The translations under genes were made by a program, and so were the position numbers. The notes under the pieces were generated by a model. It made no database searches. It had not been told where the DNA came from and saw only the letters and a list, made by a program, of their open reading frames with translations. Positions 52,001 to 64,000 of a stretch of 64,000 nt of DNA are shown here, piece by piece. This DNA is from Perna viridis (taxonomy: Eukaryota). Position 1 is the stretch's first letter, and every line of letters starts with the position of its first letter. The DNA is taken from positions 18,476,001-18,540,000 of the forward strand of contig CM074516.1 in assembly GCA_037379345.1 (NCBI GenBank), in the 5' to 3' direction.

Positions 52001-52222
52001 CCTGGAACCCACATCGAAGCCATTATCCTCCATGACGGAGACAAGTTTGCATATGTTCATTCACAGGGAGGATCGTCTTCATATGACCAGGGTACAACTG
52101 GTGCAGTAGAATATGTAAATGCTGGAGATAAGATTTGGGTTACCGTACACGACGATGTCCATATTGGATCGGGGAAAATGATTTTCAGCCATTATTCAAC
52201 ATTTTCTGGTTTCAAAATTTAA
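49085..52222 (+). CDS. C1q-domain-containing protein (coiled coil + gC1q); 5' end uncertain
   Basis: Exons 49085-49229 (heptad-rich YKELDEIKSSIHQISTEKDELIRKQSNELKELKQMV), 49538/49541-49690 (coiled coil ending VVKRNT) and 51822-52222 (SPVAFYA...HNAFDGPTSVFTCPESGYYFF...VNAGDKIWV...YSTFSGFKI*). Phase-1 joins stay open; ATTAAA at 52281. The start is either the ATG at 49022 or an unidentified upstream exon. Confidence 0.85.
51440..51643. mobile_element. Tc1/mariner-like MITE remnant
   Basis: Right end cgaaaattggtgcccacgag...ttttcacagTA is inverted to ttcgtggggttccaatttcgt at the left; left terminus degraded. Confidence 0.5.
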
Positions 52223-52699
52223 CTCAAATTCCAATATAGATTTTATTTTGAAAAATGTAGATGTAAGAGTTTTCATATTCATTAAAAGAAACTATTTCAG
52301 GTTTTACAAATCTTTATGGTTGAATCTAAAGATGGGTCTAGTGTCTCAATTATAACTTCTTGGTTGGCATTTATTTTAATATACACAAAAAGTTAGTAAA
52401 TCCTAAAATTTGGGTTGATTTTTATTTCATTTTTTTTTTCATATAAAACTGCAATTTTCGTTCATCATAGAAGAAAAACTAACTGTTAAATTGAAGGGCA
52501 TTTGTTGTTGTAACGAATCTTAAGTCCTGTTTGTACAAGTAAGGCTACATAACTATTTCATTTGATATTGGGTAATGATGTAGCTAAGTGTAGAGGTGTA
52601 ATAAGACTATTTATCACACAATTAATGGAAATCAAAATAATTACGTAGTTATTGTTTCTGTGTACATGAGTTTCTTTTTCTTCCCTTAATTGTTTAGAA

Positions 52700-55210
52700 A
52701 AGTTTTAAAACATTGTCCATTAAACTATTTAATGCTACTTTAACTTGACCAATTATGTTGCTGCTTACTTTGTTATTGTTATATGGTGATGCTGAATCTA
52801 ATCCTGGTACCGGGTGCACATGAACGGTTTCAAACGATATCAATTTACCAGTGCAACATCAGAAGCCTCCGAAATCAAATTAGTTAGTCGTCACAAATTC
52901 TTTCTTAAACTGACATAGCTTTCTTTACAGAACCCATTTAGACCGTTGCATTTCCGACGTAGAGATTTCTCTCAAAAGATTTCTATTTTAATATCGAGGG
53001 ATGCAATTGATGAGAACTATAATGTAATCTGTTTGTGTGATCTGAATATAATTCTCATGTAAGACCTACCAAGGAATATTTCAGATATAGTATTTATGAA
53101 CGGGCTTTTTAACGTATTTAGTGAACCAACATGTTTCGATTTGCGTACAAGCGGTACTTAATTCCTATTTTGGATATAGATTAAATTTATGTGATGGATA
53201 AAAGTACAATACCTATTTAACGGGAAGTGGATGATCATGACAGTACATGCGTTACGATCGGGGATGGCTATAAGTGCAACCGATATTACTGGAGACGGTT
53301 GTGGTAGTATGAGAAAGGTGCATGTCATACTTAGTGATGCGAATTGGGATGCACTCATTTCTGACGCCTGTAATATGTGTGATGCTTGTACTGCTTTTAC
53401 TTTCATTTTCCTTGACATACCTTCTACCTACTTATAACGTTAAAATTAGATGCAAGGATAAAATTTTGTTTAATTTGATTCTAATTCGTGCCGAATGATT
53501 AGAAAGCGCGGTCCGATAGATTCTGTAAGCACTTCTTTAAACCTAAAAGGCTTGCTCGTTGCAAACTAGCAGCATTGATGAAATATAAACAACAATGAAA
53601 TATTGTCAATAACCTTAAACAAAAGCAGAAAAACACGTTTTTACGCATCAATTAATTATTCGTTTTATGAAATTAAGAAGTCAAATTCTAAACGGCATTG
53701 ATAAACTGATAATATGACCATGGGCGTGAAACTGATCAAAGATGTTTTTTTTTCTTTTACCCACGGCCGATCCGAATAACAATTTTAACTTAGAATATAA
53801 GCCTACTGAGAAGGCGAAGGTCCTTTTGCCGATACTTATGTGCTACATATATAACCGAACTTCATACCACTAGTAAGAACCCTCCCGCTTTCAACGGCAG
53901 GTGTAAAATATTCTAGATAAAAATTCAGTTACCAAAGTACTTCATAAACTATCCACTCTTAATCAAAATTAATCAGTTGGACCTGGTAGTAGTAGCAACA
54001 GAATGTTGAAGTGGAAAGGAATGAAACCTCTTTGCTTACTGCTTAACAAATCTCTTAACGAAAGATGTTTCCCTGAAAAATGGCGTATTTCATTCCATTT
54101 AAAAAAGGGCGATAAGGCCCCTCTTTATGTACTTTCTTGTATTAGCAATTTTTTAAAGAAAAGATAGCTTTTAATCAGATATATAACCGTCTTCATATCA
54201 ACATTTCAGTCTTGGTTTATTCAGCGTCATTCTACTACTCTTACGTCAAATTAATTATAAGAGAATATGTTGATGACCTTAAACGAGATACGAGTTGTGT
54301 ACCTTGTTTTCGTAGATATCAGTAAAGCCTTTGATACAGTATGGATAAAAGCCTTATTTAAGTTAGAAAAATATGGAGCCTATAGAAAATACCTGTTTTC
54401 CTAGTTGAATAGTTATTTATCTTCTTGATAGCAAACGTTTGTTTTGCGATGTTGCCTATTAAGTGTGGATAAACTGAATCTTTAAGCCTTGCGGCAGGGA
54501 TTACTAGATACTTAAAACTTTTAGTTGGTGTTGATCTACAATACTTACAAAATGTGTCAGAAAAATATGCAGTTAACCTGAGCCCAGGTAAAATTAAAAT
54601 TATTATATTCAGCTTAAACTATCAAAAACATCTTGGTATTACTTTTAGTGGCAATTGCAAGTTGACAGTTCACATTTATAGCAAAATGGACGCGACCTCG
54701 AAACAGCTAAATGTTTTATGCAGATTGAAAAATGTACTAAAGAGGGAGTCCTTAAAAAAGATATATCTTATTTATAGCATGCCCTTTTTATTATACTCTT
54801 CGAATACTCTTTCAAAGATTAGATTAGAAAAGATTCAAATCGGACCAATTCTTTGTCATTTGATGAGCAATTACGAACTTTAAAAATATATAATAATATA
54901 TCTTTGTTTCGCGATAGAAAATTGCCGGTTTGGCACACGATGTTACAAAATGGTTGTATTAAACTTAATTATGATTTTTGTTTCAAACCTTACATTATTC
55001 AAATTTCAAAATGTTTTTTGTGAGTTCAAATTTACAAAAAAAACGTTCCTTACATCATTTCACTCACTATCATTGTGTATAACTGTTAATGTAGTCATTG
55101 ATGGGTTACTGAATGGTGATGTAAATCAAAATTGTCAAGAAATATATATGCTTTTGAAACTCTTCAGAAATATATCAAGTGTACTAATATATTTCAATTT
55201 TAACATTTTT
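52700..55210 (+). mobile_element. Fossil near-full-length CR1-type LINE with an N-terminal 2A-like motif
   Basis: Ordered remnants: GDAESNPG (52785), DDHDS..RRLW*YEKG (~53230), KPLCLLLNKSL..FPEKW..KKGDK (~54025-54115), VFVDISKAFDTVW..KLEKYG (~54306), KHLGITFS (~54626), LLNGD (~55108). Confidence 0.8.
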
Positions 55211-55409
55211 GTTGATTATTTACATTGAAGCAATGACACTATGCCATGTTCAACGGTTGGTACATCTCAATTGATCTAACTTACATTTGCCTAAGTACGC
55301 GTACATATTTGCTTGATTGATATCGTCTGTTTGACTGTTTTTTTTGTTTACTTGTTGATAATCAATCCAATTTTGAAATCCACAGAATAAAAAAAATCAT
55401 TTGTTTAAA

Positions 55410-56000
55410 TTCCTTCACTCTTATGAGGCTGACTTATAGCTCATCTGATCCAAAAGAACGAATATTGTTTGGATAGATCCTCTAATCTCAGTTTCTGCTA
55501 TATAGATAGATGACGTGTTATCTTAAAACAATCCTAAGTTCGGGCATTTGATACATCGCATCTACACCCAAAAACCTTAAGATAAAGGAAACTATAGACA
55601 CTGTGAAGTCAGCCTCATATCTAGACCTACACTTAGAAATCGATGGTGAAGGAAAACTATTGTCCAAACTTTACGACAAACATGATGACTTTTCATTCAG
55701 AATTGCCATCTTTCCTTTCATCTGTGGCAACATCCCTTCAGCACCTGCGTATTGAGTGTTAATATCAAAACACATACAGTTTGTATCACGCTAGAACTCT
55801 AACAAATAGGATTCTGGAACAGGGTTATGTTGCTACAAGATTGAAGTCATTATGAACTCGTGGATTGTTACGGTGTATCCATCTGCACTATGAAAACTGA
55901 TTTATTCAATGGGTCATAGTTTTCCTTTCCTCGTTTGTCTACCCCGGACTTGACTTTTTATGAGCAACTCGGCGGTTGTATCTAGAAAAGCAGAGAACGT
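55410..56000 (+). mobile_element. Naiad RT C-terminal fragment (degenerate)
   Basis: Collinear with the 62955 copy from FLHSYEAD to the start of the 3' UTR; ends in a (TA)n tract. Confidence 0.85.
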
Positions 56001-58639
56001 ATATATATATAGATATATATATATGATTATACGGTATTGAATTATATTTTAATGTTTATTTTGAAACATTATTATCCTTTACGGTATTTTAATGTGATAG
56101 ATATATGTATTTTTATAACATTGTCATTTAACTTTTTTCAAGGCATATTTTAGTTGTATAATTTTATGATAGACAGAACTCTGGATGACTTGTTTTGTTG
56201 TTCACATATTTACTTACATTAACCGACATTATTACGTATGTGTTTTATTTAATTTGTTACAGAAAATTGCAATGTATGGAATAAAAGAAAACGTTGCCAA
56301 ATAAGACATAACATACAAAAGTTTTTGCTTTTGAAAACGTCATGCAACATGCATATGATTTTAGGGAGATATAGCGGGTTTTTTAGTCGTACATAAAATT
56401 TTAATTTTGTGTTGTTATACATGCAGAAACATTACCATATTTAATTCCAATGTTTTTGTTGTAATATAAACTTTGGACATACATTTATTTTCAATACAAT
56501 ATCTCAAGCCTCGAGATGTGATGAAAACGATTGCATTGTCATTGAACGTTTAAAAAGTGACACAACAAGTGACTTTAAGTGACATTGCATATTCTGCACA
56601 TAGTCATTGAATTTCCCGTGCTTCATAAGAATGTGCTTTATTCCATATTTTAACATAACTAATTTACAACACATTTTGTTTCAAGTATGACACTTATCCA
56701 AAACTAAAGTTTGAAAAATTATAAGTATATAAAACGTACTGAAGCCTGTATGCATTCGAACTACATTTTGGTTGATAGTTCGATTCGACTAATTTTAGAC
56801 AATAACTAAATAGCTGGAACATAATATGCCTTTTACATTTATAATCGCAGTTGCGGAGCATGAAGGGGGTTTGGAGTTTGGAAACACGTTTTTTATTGGA
56901 AAAGTAAACTTATCATATGCAAAATTAAGACAAAAACGAGTTATTAATAGCCTTGTATTCCGCTTATTTAAGCCGCTTCACCCTCCCCTTTTTTAATCTC
57001 TGGGCCCGCCCCAGCAGTCGCATTTATCTGCTTATTGAAAGTAATGCACATAATATGAGATTCAAAATTTTGTGTTAATAGTGTTGGTCTCCAATAAAGA
57101 TATGAACAGTGAAATAGATATGAATGGTTCCGTTCCACGATTTTCATCTGCACTAATAAACAATATCTCCCGACCTTCACGGTCTATCGCCTAAGATGTT
57201 AGAGTGAGTTTCGATGAGTTTCGTTTGTTTACGGCGAGTTCCGTTAAATTAGTGAAAATCTCTATAATGATATTTTTTTTTTCTAGATCGGCTTTGGAAG
57301 TCTCAAAGCAAGGATCCCTAACACTTGGACGGTCCAAGGCGCTATCACTTGACCTCCGTCTAAATTTCCTGATCAGATCCTATCCTAATCATCTTCATTG
57401 ACATAGAATTTGTCTAGAGATCGCGAAGAACATTATTACGGCGCTTAAATGAAGCTCAAATAGGGATGAGAGTTAATCACATATCATTTGTTCTTGCATG
57501 CAAGCCTTAACAAACCCTCTTTGTTGCTCGTCTATTTTCATTTCTTTCTGTTGTATCTGTGAACGTTGCTTTGGCTTCACCGTTGATAAAAATGATTTAA
57601 ATAAAGATTGTATTGATATATATTATAATTTATGTTTTTTTTCACAAATAACAACAGCGTCATTAATATTATGAGAAAAAAAAATATGACTCGAATGTTA
57701 TAAAGAAAAAGGTAAACAGATGTATCTGGAAGCACGATCTCTTTTTTGTTGACAAATAAGCTTTACTTCAATCAAGGGAAAGAAGTTATTATCCCTCTGA
57801 AATACCATGACAACACATTTGAAAGTCTTAAATTTGTCTTAATCAAACGCACGACTTCCTGTACCCAAAACGACCGCGACGTTTTTTTATGATATATTTA
57901 AGTTTATAAAAAAATTGTAGTCGTTAAAGTCATCATTTTTTAATGAATATTAGAGCTATTACTATAGGTGGTTTGGTTTGATGTCGTTTTGTTTTAAAAG
58001 TTATTACGTTTTAGCCTAATATACTGATTCCTACGAACAATCCCGTTCTTTATTTTTACAAAACATTATTTCTGTTTCAGCTTTAACATTTTATGAAAAG
58101 ACGCATACTTGAACCTTGTCGATGTGCCGAGTGTTCATTGAGTGTTCGTATCACTTACATACAAATCTTTACAAAATTTTCAAAACGTACCTCTCGGATG
58201 TTTTTTAAGGGATTTCTTACTTTGAATACTGATACCTTTGAGTACCTGATGCTTTTTTTGTAATATTGATATAAATATTAACCAATTTGTAGAAAAAGTT
58301 TAATCGGAGTTTCTTCTGAAATTACCAAAAAGCAAATGAGATTTCATTTTTAATTTTCGTACACAAGAATATCAAGAATCATAAATAAATAAACAATAAT
58401 ATATAATTAAAGAGAGTATGCATTTAAATCGACTATTTGTCTCAGACATACAAAAAATGTACATAAACAGTATAGCGATGTTTTTGTTATATAATTATTG
58501 CAATATTTATCAGGCTTAAGTAACAAAGTAGCTACTTTGCTCAAAATATGAAATGTAATTTCTTGTATAGTTTACATTGTTGTTGTTACACTTATTAATG
58601 TTCACTTAAGCTACTTTACAAGTTCTCGATTCTAACCAT

Positions 58640-59142
58640 TGAAATTTTTTTGTATATTCGTTCAAAATTTCACGATGTGTTTCATTGTATGTATCATCAT
58701 CAGATTCTCTAGACCCAAATGTAGAATCGTATATGTTATCACTTTGTAACTTTTTATTTATTTGCTTGAAAACATGATTTAGTCTATTATAATCTCCTTA
58801 ATGGACGTCATCTCTGTTGTACATTTCTTTATCATGTGAGGTTATATCCTTCTTTGGCTAGTTGAATACTGCATACGTATTGAAATAGTGCTCAGGGTCA
58901 ACATTTGTTTTTTTCCAGCAGCTTCAATAAAAGAATCGCTGTTTAATGAAGTTACATGCTCTTAAACTAGTGGGTTGATTGTATTGTCACTTGAATCCCA
59001 TGGTGACTCATAATTTGCAAACGAAATATTTTTCATCTGACCCTGTGACGTATCCTCATTAAAATCTTTATTTCTTTGATAAACATCCTTAAATTTGTTG
59101 TACAATAGAAGCAGACCCAGATTCAAACTTTCTTTTCCATAT
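58640..59142 (-). pseudogene. Degenerate terminal exon resembling a Tyr-motif cytoplasmic tail of a cell-surface receptor
   Basis: Good acceptor TTTTTATTTACAG; translated pieces NYESPWDS, GDYNRLNH, DNIYDSTFG..DDDTYNET; contains stops and frameshifts. Confidence 0.4.
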
Positions 59143-59182
59143 CTGTAAATAAAAAGCAAAAATCAAAATACACTACAATTTA

Positions 59183-59270
59183 ATAAAAAACAAAAACAAA
59201 AAAAACAAAAAGAACAAAACAAAAACAAAACAAAAACAAAAACAAAAACAAAAACAAAAACAAAACAACA
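59183..59270. repeat. (CAAAA/CAAAAA)n microsatellite
   Basis: Read directly from the sequence. Confidence 0.9.
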
Positions 59271-59639
59271 GAAGGCTCAATTGTTAGAAAAATGCTGTTC
59301 AAGCGCCCAGCTTTTCATTTGATTTTGTCGAAAAATATATTTAATTAAAATTAAACATTAAATGTGACCTGAAGTATTGAGAAATAAATACTTGTGCAAA
59401 AGTGGTAATTTTCATTTGATATACATTGACAAAAATACCAAAGTATCAAAATGAGAAGAATGACTAGACGGCATTGAAATATAAAGACATGGTCGCAACG
59501 TTAAAAAAGAAATCAGAGACGATCTAGTATACAATGCCTACAAGATATTGACGTAAATACATACATTGTAAATAAGAAGAAGAAAAAAAGCATGTAAAAA
59601 CTAAACAAACTTGACATATGAATTAAAAAAATAAAAGAA

Positions 59640-59920
59640 ATAAATGAGAAAAGGAGGTGATAGCATGTGCTTGAACATAATGTTGCTCTGCAAGCAGCAT
59701 CCGTCACATTACAGGTGAGTTATATCAAGTAAGCATCACGCTCGTAATGTTGTCAATCCGATGAGACGTGAGAACTAAATGAAGATATCTTGTCTCATCT
59801 ATTTATTACGAAGTTCATATCGGTCAATTTCATTGTGACGACGACCATAGATATTCTGAAATGAAAATATAAAAAACTGCTTAACATTTCGGTGTTAATG
59901 TAGCGTAATGGCATTATCTC
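59640..59920 (-). mobile_element. Older Naiad-like family, RT C-terminus remnant
   Basis: Minus-strand SFQNIYGRRHNEIDRYE resembles KFYGRHHELVDRY. Confidence 0.45.
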
Positions 59921-60289
59921 ATATCAGTGTAAAATCAGTATTTTAAAATTGGAAAAACCTGGTCAGGTGGTATTAATTAATTTGCAGTAAAATGTTTCAC
60001 AAATCAATACCATGATGTCATAATGTGATAATGCCCGGTTACGAGTTTAGAGTTACATCCCTTCATTCAAACGTGAAATGGACTGGCCATATGCTGACAT
60101 GTTCTACGAAATTTGAAGGTTTCCATTAGAAAGTGAAAAAAATAACGTTCAATTTCAAATTTCAATTTTCAAAAGTTTTGTATGTTGTATATATCGAAAA
60201 GGTCTGGGTATGATACAGAAACAGATGTATATGTTATCTCATTACAAACAACAATTTATTCATTAAGTGATAGTCACTTCTTACATTTT

Positions 60290-60814
60290 GAAAGGATAAG
60301 ATACCATAAGGGACATATTTTGCCCCCTATTAGAGAAAAAAGTTTAAAGTAAAAGACAACAATGTGATATACACTGACATTTTTTATAAAATGTTTTTTT
60401 TTTTAATTTTCCCAAATTCATCAAATATCAGTTTTATGGAAGCCTTAAATCTGTTACAAAAAAGAAAAACAAAACAATTAGGAAAAATGCCAATATTCAA
60501 TGCTAATGTTGTTTTTTAAGGTCTCCACCAATAATACCTAGGGATATCTTAACTAATCTGGATTCCTATCAAAATAATATTGAGAAATCATAAACAATAT
60601 GTGTGGGTCAAATTGGATGAGGCACTCAAAAGTCAAACAGACCGTGATCTTTCAAATTATGACATATGTTCAATCATTAATAAATAATATGCTTGAAAAT
60701 GTAAAATAAACATACTAAATATTTCATTTCACCTTCTAAACAGAAAAAAACCTTCATATCAAATATCTAATTTGGGGGGGTCAAATATGGGTCTTATTGT
60801 ACCTAGTTCTTTAA
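60290..60814. mobile_element. Old non-autonomous TIR element (probably Kolobok-type)
   Basis: Degenerate ~45-bp inverted ends (aaaggataagataccataagggacatattttgccccc / ggggtcaaatatgggtcttattgtacctagttcttt); TTAA at the right end. Confidence 0.55.
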
Positions 60815-61855
60815 CTCTCCACAAATATTTTTTGGAAGTACATATAGTCTTAAGCAGCTTTTATGAGCATTATACAAAGTAAGTTTTGAATTGAAAATAC
60901 TTCTATATAATTTTCCAAAAAAAAAAAAAAAGAAATCTAAAAATGTACCTAATTAATAATAAACAAATTAGTTTTCAAGTCTGTCATTTTTTGTGCCATT
61001 TATGCCTGTAATGGGGTATTTAGCTTGTTACACTACAACAATACTTTTCTATTTGAGCAGTAAAATACCTTGACGATATACATCTTTAGTAAACTTTACA
61101 TTACGTCTCGTTTCAAACCACTGACCAATTGCCTTTAATACTTTAGTATAATTTACCATTATTCAATATCAATATAAAGAATGGGGGGAAATATTTAAAA
61201 TATGTGTACCTTTTCAGTCCAATTAAGCAATGCTGATTTTTGCACCATTTACCCCCTATTTTCTTAAATTGAAATAATATTGGAAGAAGTGATGAAGTCC
61301 ATGAAATTTTAACCATTACTGGATCAATTGATTGTCTGAACTTGGTAGTAGATGGTACTGGAATCTTGACTCTACTGTTATCCAGGATGCTTTACAACAT
61401 TGTATCGATATGATGTCAAACCAGGAATCAACTTCATTACAGCTACAATAGATGGAAATTGTCTCTGCACAATCCACATGTAACTGTTTTCATCAGCCTC
61501 TTTGAGAGTTCCTCAAATCTTCTATCTGATTCCCTGTCTTGTTGGTTTATATAATCTAACAACTTATTTAACAATTTAACAACAGGACAAATTGTTTTCA
61601 TCACAGCACTAAGGCACTGCTTTGCTTTTGTTACATATTTATGATCTGTTCTTTTGCTAGCTGTAATTAGGTTCTCATGATTCTTTGTCACAGGATTGTC
61701 ATACACCGTGGACAGAAAAGAATTGAGAAATTGCAGTGGGATTCTTTTTCCATCTGGTTCAAATGAAATACTCTTAATATATGCACTGCATTTTGAATCT
61801 TAAAAAAACATCTGCGAATGAAAAGGTGTCTTATAATCTTGCAAAACCTTTTAGT

Positions 61856-62950
61856 TGAATTATCTCCCTTTTGAGTTCCCTGACAGAGACTATCTTCATA
61901 CACAAATATCAAAATATGATGTTCAACCATCATATACAGTTTCATAAAAATCCCTTGAGTGATTTTAGAGGAATTGCGCTTACAATTTTTACATTTTGGA
62001 GATATCTACTGATTTTATGGGATATACAGATTCTCCTCCAATGCTCTCAGTGATTACAAGATTTCTCCATTTGAGGAAGTTAAATTTTAGATTTAACCCA
62101 CGAGCTTCTAAAATTTAATCTTTAGTGGACAAATATTGTAATCCCTAAAGACCGAAGAATAATATATTTTTATCTCCCTTTGGAGTTCGCTATCAGTAAC
62201 TATATTTCTCCATGCATATCTACATATTCCAACATATCTATAAAGTTTCATTGGAATCCCTTGAGTGATTTAGGAGGAATTGCACTTGTAACAAATGTGG
62301 ACAGACAGACAGACGGAGTGATACCAACATGTTTTTATACTCCCAAACTCTGTTTGTTGACGGTGTAATTTTATTAAAATTTGATGTATAACATTCACCT
62401 TAAATGCTGAATTTGAATGCCAATGAGTGCTAAGGAATATTGTACCAAACATTTTGTTTATCTTGACAAGATTTGCATTTGAAAAACAATGTGCAACAAT
62501 TAACTTGCTACATAAAAAAAACATATGTTCTTTAATGCAGTTATAAATGTAAGTTTTTACTTTTCCTCATATAACAAAACTGCGATAGCAGAGAAAATTT
62601 TAAAAAAATCAAAGAACCTTAGTGAGCGTGCTCATATACCCCACGTGTCCCAATGTTGGATACTCAAGTAAATTTGTGTGATTTTTTGAAATTTAACTAA
62701 TCCGAAATTAATACAATCGTAGCGAAAGAAAACATACACTTGAGCTGTAACTTATATCATGTCACAATCTGCAAGCGTTTAGATAAAAAGTCTGAAAAAC
62801 TGTTATTTAAAATCATCGGAGCGGAACGAAAGTTAAACTTGACCTGTATCTTATCTTGGTGAACTTATATACCAAACATCATGCTAATATTTCCAAGCGT
62901 TCCAAAAAAAAGTCCGGAAAACTGAAGATGGAGTAACGGACGGACAGGTC
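61856..62950 (+). mobile_element. Helentron/HINE-like non-autonomous repeats (two elements, ~61856-62370 and ~62610-62950)
   Basis: Repeated core units (agtttcat..aatcccttgagtgattt.gaggaattgc), (GACA)n/(GGAC)n microsatellites and a short terminal hairpin-like end near 62345. Confidence 0.55.
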
Positions 62951-62954
62951 AAAA

Positions 62955-63825
62955 AGTAATCAAGGGAACCTAGGTTATAGCGGTAATCAAAAGAATGTAA
63001 TCCAGGGACAAAGATCCAACATGGAAAACAGACATACAAAACATACACCGTAACGATCCACGAGTTCATGATGACGACAATGAAACTTCTGTAGTGATGA
63101 CTTCAATCTTGTAGCAATATAACCCTGTTCCAGAAGCCTATTTGTTACAGTTCTAGCGCGATACAAAAAGTCTGTGTAGTATCGGCAAGCTCTGGCATAA
63201 CGTATGAGTTGTGATATGAACACTCCATACACAGGAGCCGAAGGGATGTTTCCACAGATGAAAGGAAATTTGACAATTCTGAATGAAAAGTCATCACGTT
63301 TGTCGTAAAGTTTGGTCAATAGTTTTCCTTTACCATCGATTTCTAAGTGTAGGTCAAGATGTGAGGCTGACTTCACAGTGTCTGTAGTATCTTTTATCTC
63401 AAGTTCTTTTGGGTAGATGCAATGTATCAAATCCCCGAAATTAGGATTGTTTAAAGATAATACGTCATCTATATAGCGGAAACTGAGATTGAAGGATCTA
63501 GCCAAACAATATTCTATTTTTCTGATCAGATCAGCTATAAAGTCAGCCTCATAAGAGTGAAGGAATAGGTCAGCTAGTAAAGGAGCACAATTTGTTCCCA
63601 TTGGAATGCCGACCATTTGTTAAAAAACACGTCCACCACACTGGACAAATATGTTGTCGATTAAAAATTCCAGCATTTGGTAAACATCTTCCTCTGTATA
63701 TTTGGAAGATGATTTGGAATTATTTCTTACAAAGTATGAGGAATCTCTACCAAGAATTATATATTTGTATCTAGGTGTACCATCTTTTTTGGAAAAACAA
63801 CGATGTATAATGTTTTTAAGAAATA
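62955..63825 (-). mobile_element. Penelope-like retroelement (Naiad clade) RT fragment, 5'-truncated
   Basis: FSKKDGTPRYKYIILG..YFV..MLEFLIDNIFV..GGRVF*QMVGIPMGTNCAPLLADLFL..FRYIDD..LYDKRDDF..ISQLIRYARAC..HHELVDRY. No C-terminal GIY-YIG; one TAA stop; internal deletion in the 3' UTR. Confidence 0.88.
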
Positions 63826-64000
63826 GATTTATTTGTATAATTTGTTCAATTTCGTTTAAGAATATTGTATATTGGGGAACCAGGGGGATGTTTCCCGGGA
63901 AGCTCAGAGATGTATGGGTTTTGGAATGCTTCTATTTCAACACAAAAGTAATCTTAAGACTAGTTAGTTTAAATTTCCTGTTTATATTTTGTCAATAATT

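Larger units (their letters stand above)
7960..52390. repeat. Large direct segmental duplication of the C1q locus (blocks ~7960-9080 / 37780-39080; ~13985-15820 / 39470-42950; ~22180-23165 / 51735-52390)
   Basis: Near-identical anchors: ccgatcgagcag (~8072 / ~38379), tgatctacctacatatttgg (14011 / 39480), ataacctaaaatatatttaggtcgttgtaa (~15097 / ~42046), plus the C1q exon pair. Confidence 0.88.

Noticed and set aside
57100-57580. Protein-like minus-strand stretch (RRRSSDSALDRP)
   Set aside because: Multiple stops and no family recognised.
62955-63825. Selenoprotein-encoding Naiad (reported in clams)
   Set aside because: The only in-frame stop seen is TAA at a Gln position; there is no in-frame TGA at Cys sites and no SECIS I can support.
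1-64000. CRISPR arrays, rRNA, tRNA, prokaryotic operons
   Set aside because: None seen; the repeats are dispersed transposon copies or microsatellites, and the genes are intron-containing.

Overview
AT-rich eukaryotic genomic DNA with spliceosomal introns. The gene and repeat content (C1q-domain and F-type lectin/PAN genes, Naiad Penelope-like elements, Helentron-type repeats) suggests a bivalve mollusc, possibly a mytilid; this is inference. Most entries in the ORF track are noise or transposon fragments, so I assembled gene models by hand from GT-AG exons. Main contents: (1) an apparently intact 6-exon, ~318-aa gene (28997-37460, +) joining a signal-peptide-like exon, a degenerate PR zinc knuckle, a PRDM7/9-type PR/SET domain and two cysteine-rich extracellular-type modules, with no KRAB, SSXRD or C2H2 array. 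This looks like a secreted PR/SET protein and is the most unusual thing in the window. (2) An intact-looking coiled-coil + C1q gene (~49085-52222) and its pseudogene paralogue (~22260-22627), lying in a ~27-30 kb-offset segmental duplication that brackets the PR/SET gene. (3) Two duplicated F-type lectin + PAN/apple pseudogenes. (4) Many transposons: about ten fragments of one Naiad family with a structured 3' end; a ~510-nt highly structured SINE-like element without a tRNA head (3 full copies with TSDs plus 2 partial copies); a 3'-truncated LINE; a fossil CR1 with a 2A-like motif; an RTE remnant; and Ginger-, Kolobok-, Harbinger-, Tc1- and Helentron-type elements. All family assignments come from motif recognition by eye; no database searches were run.
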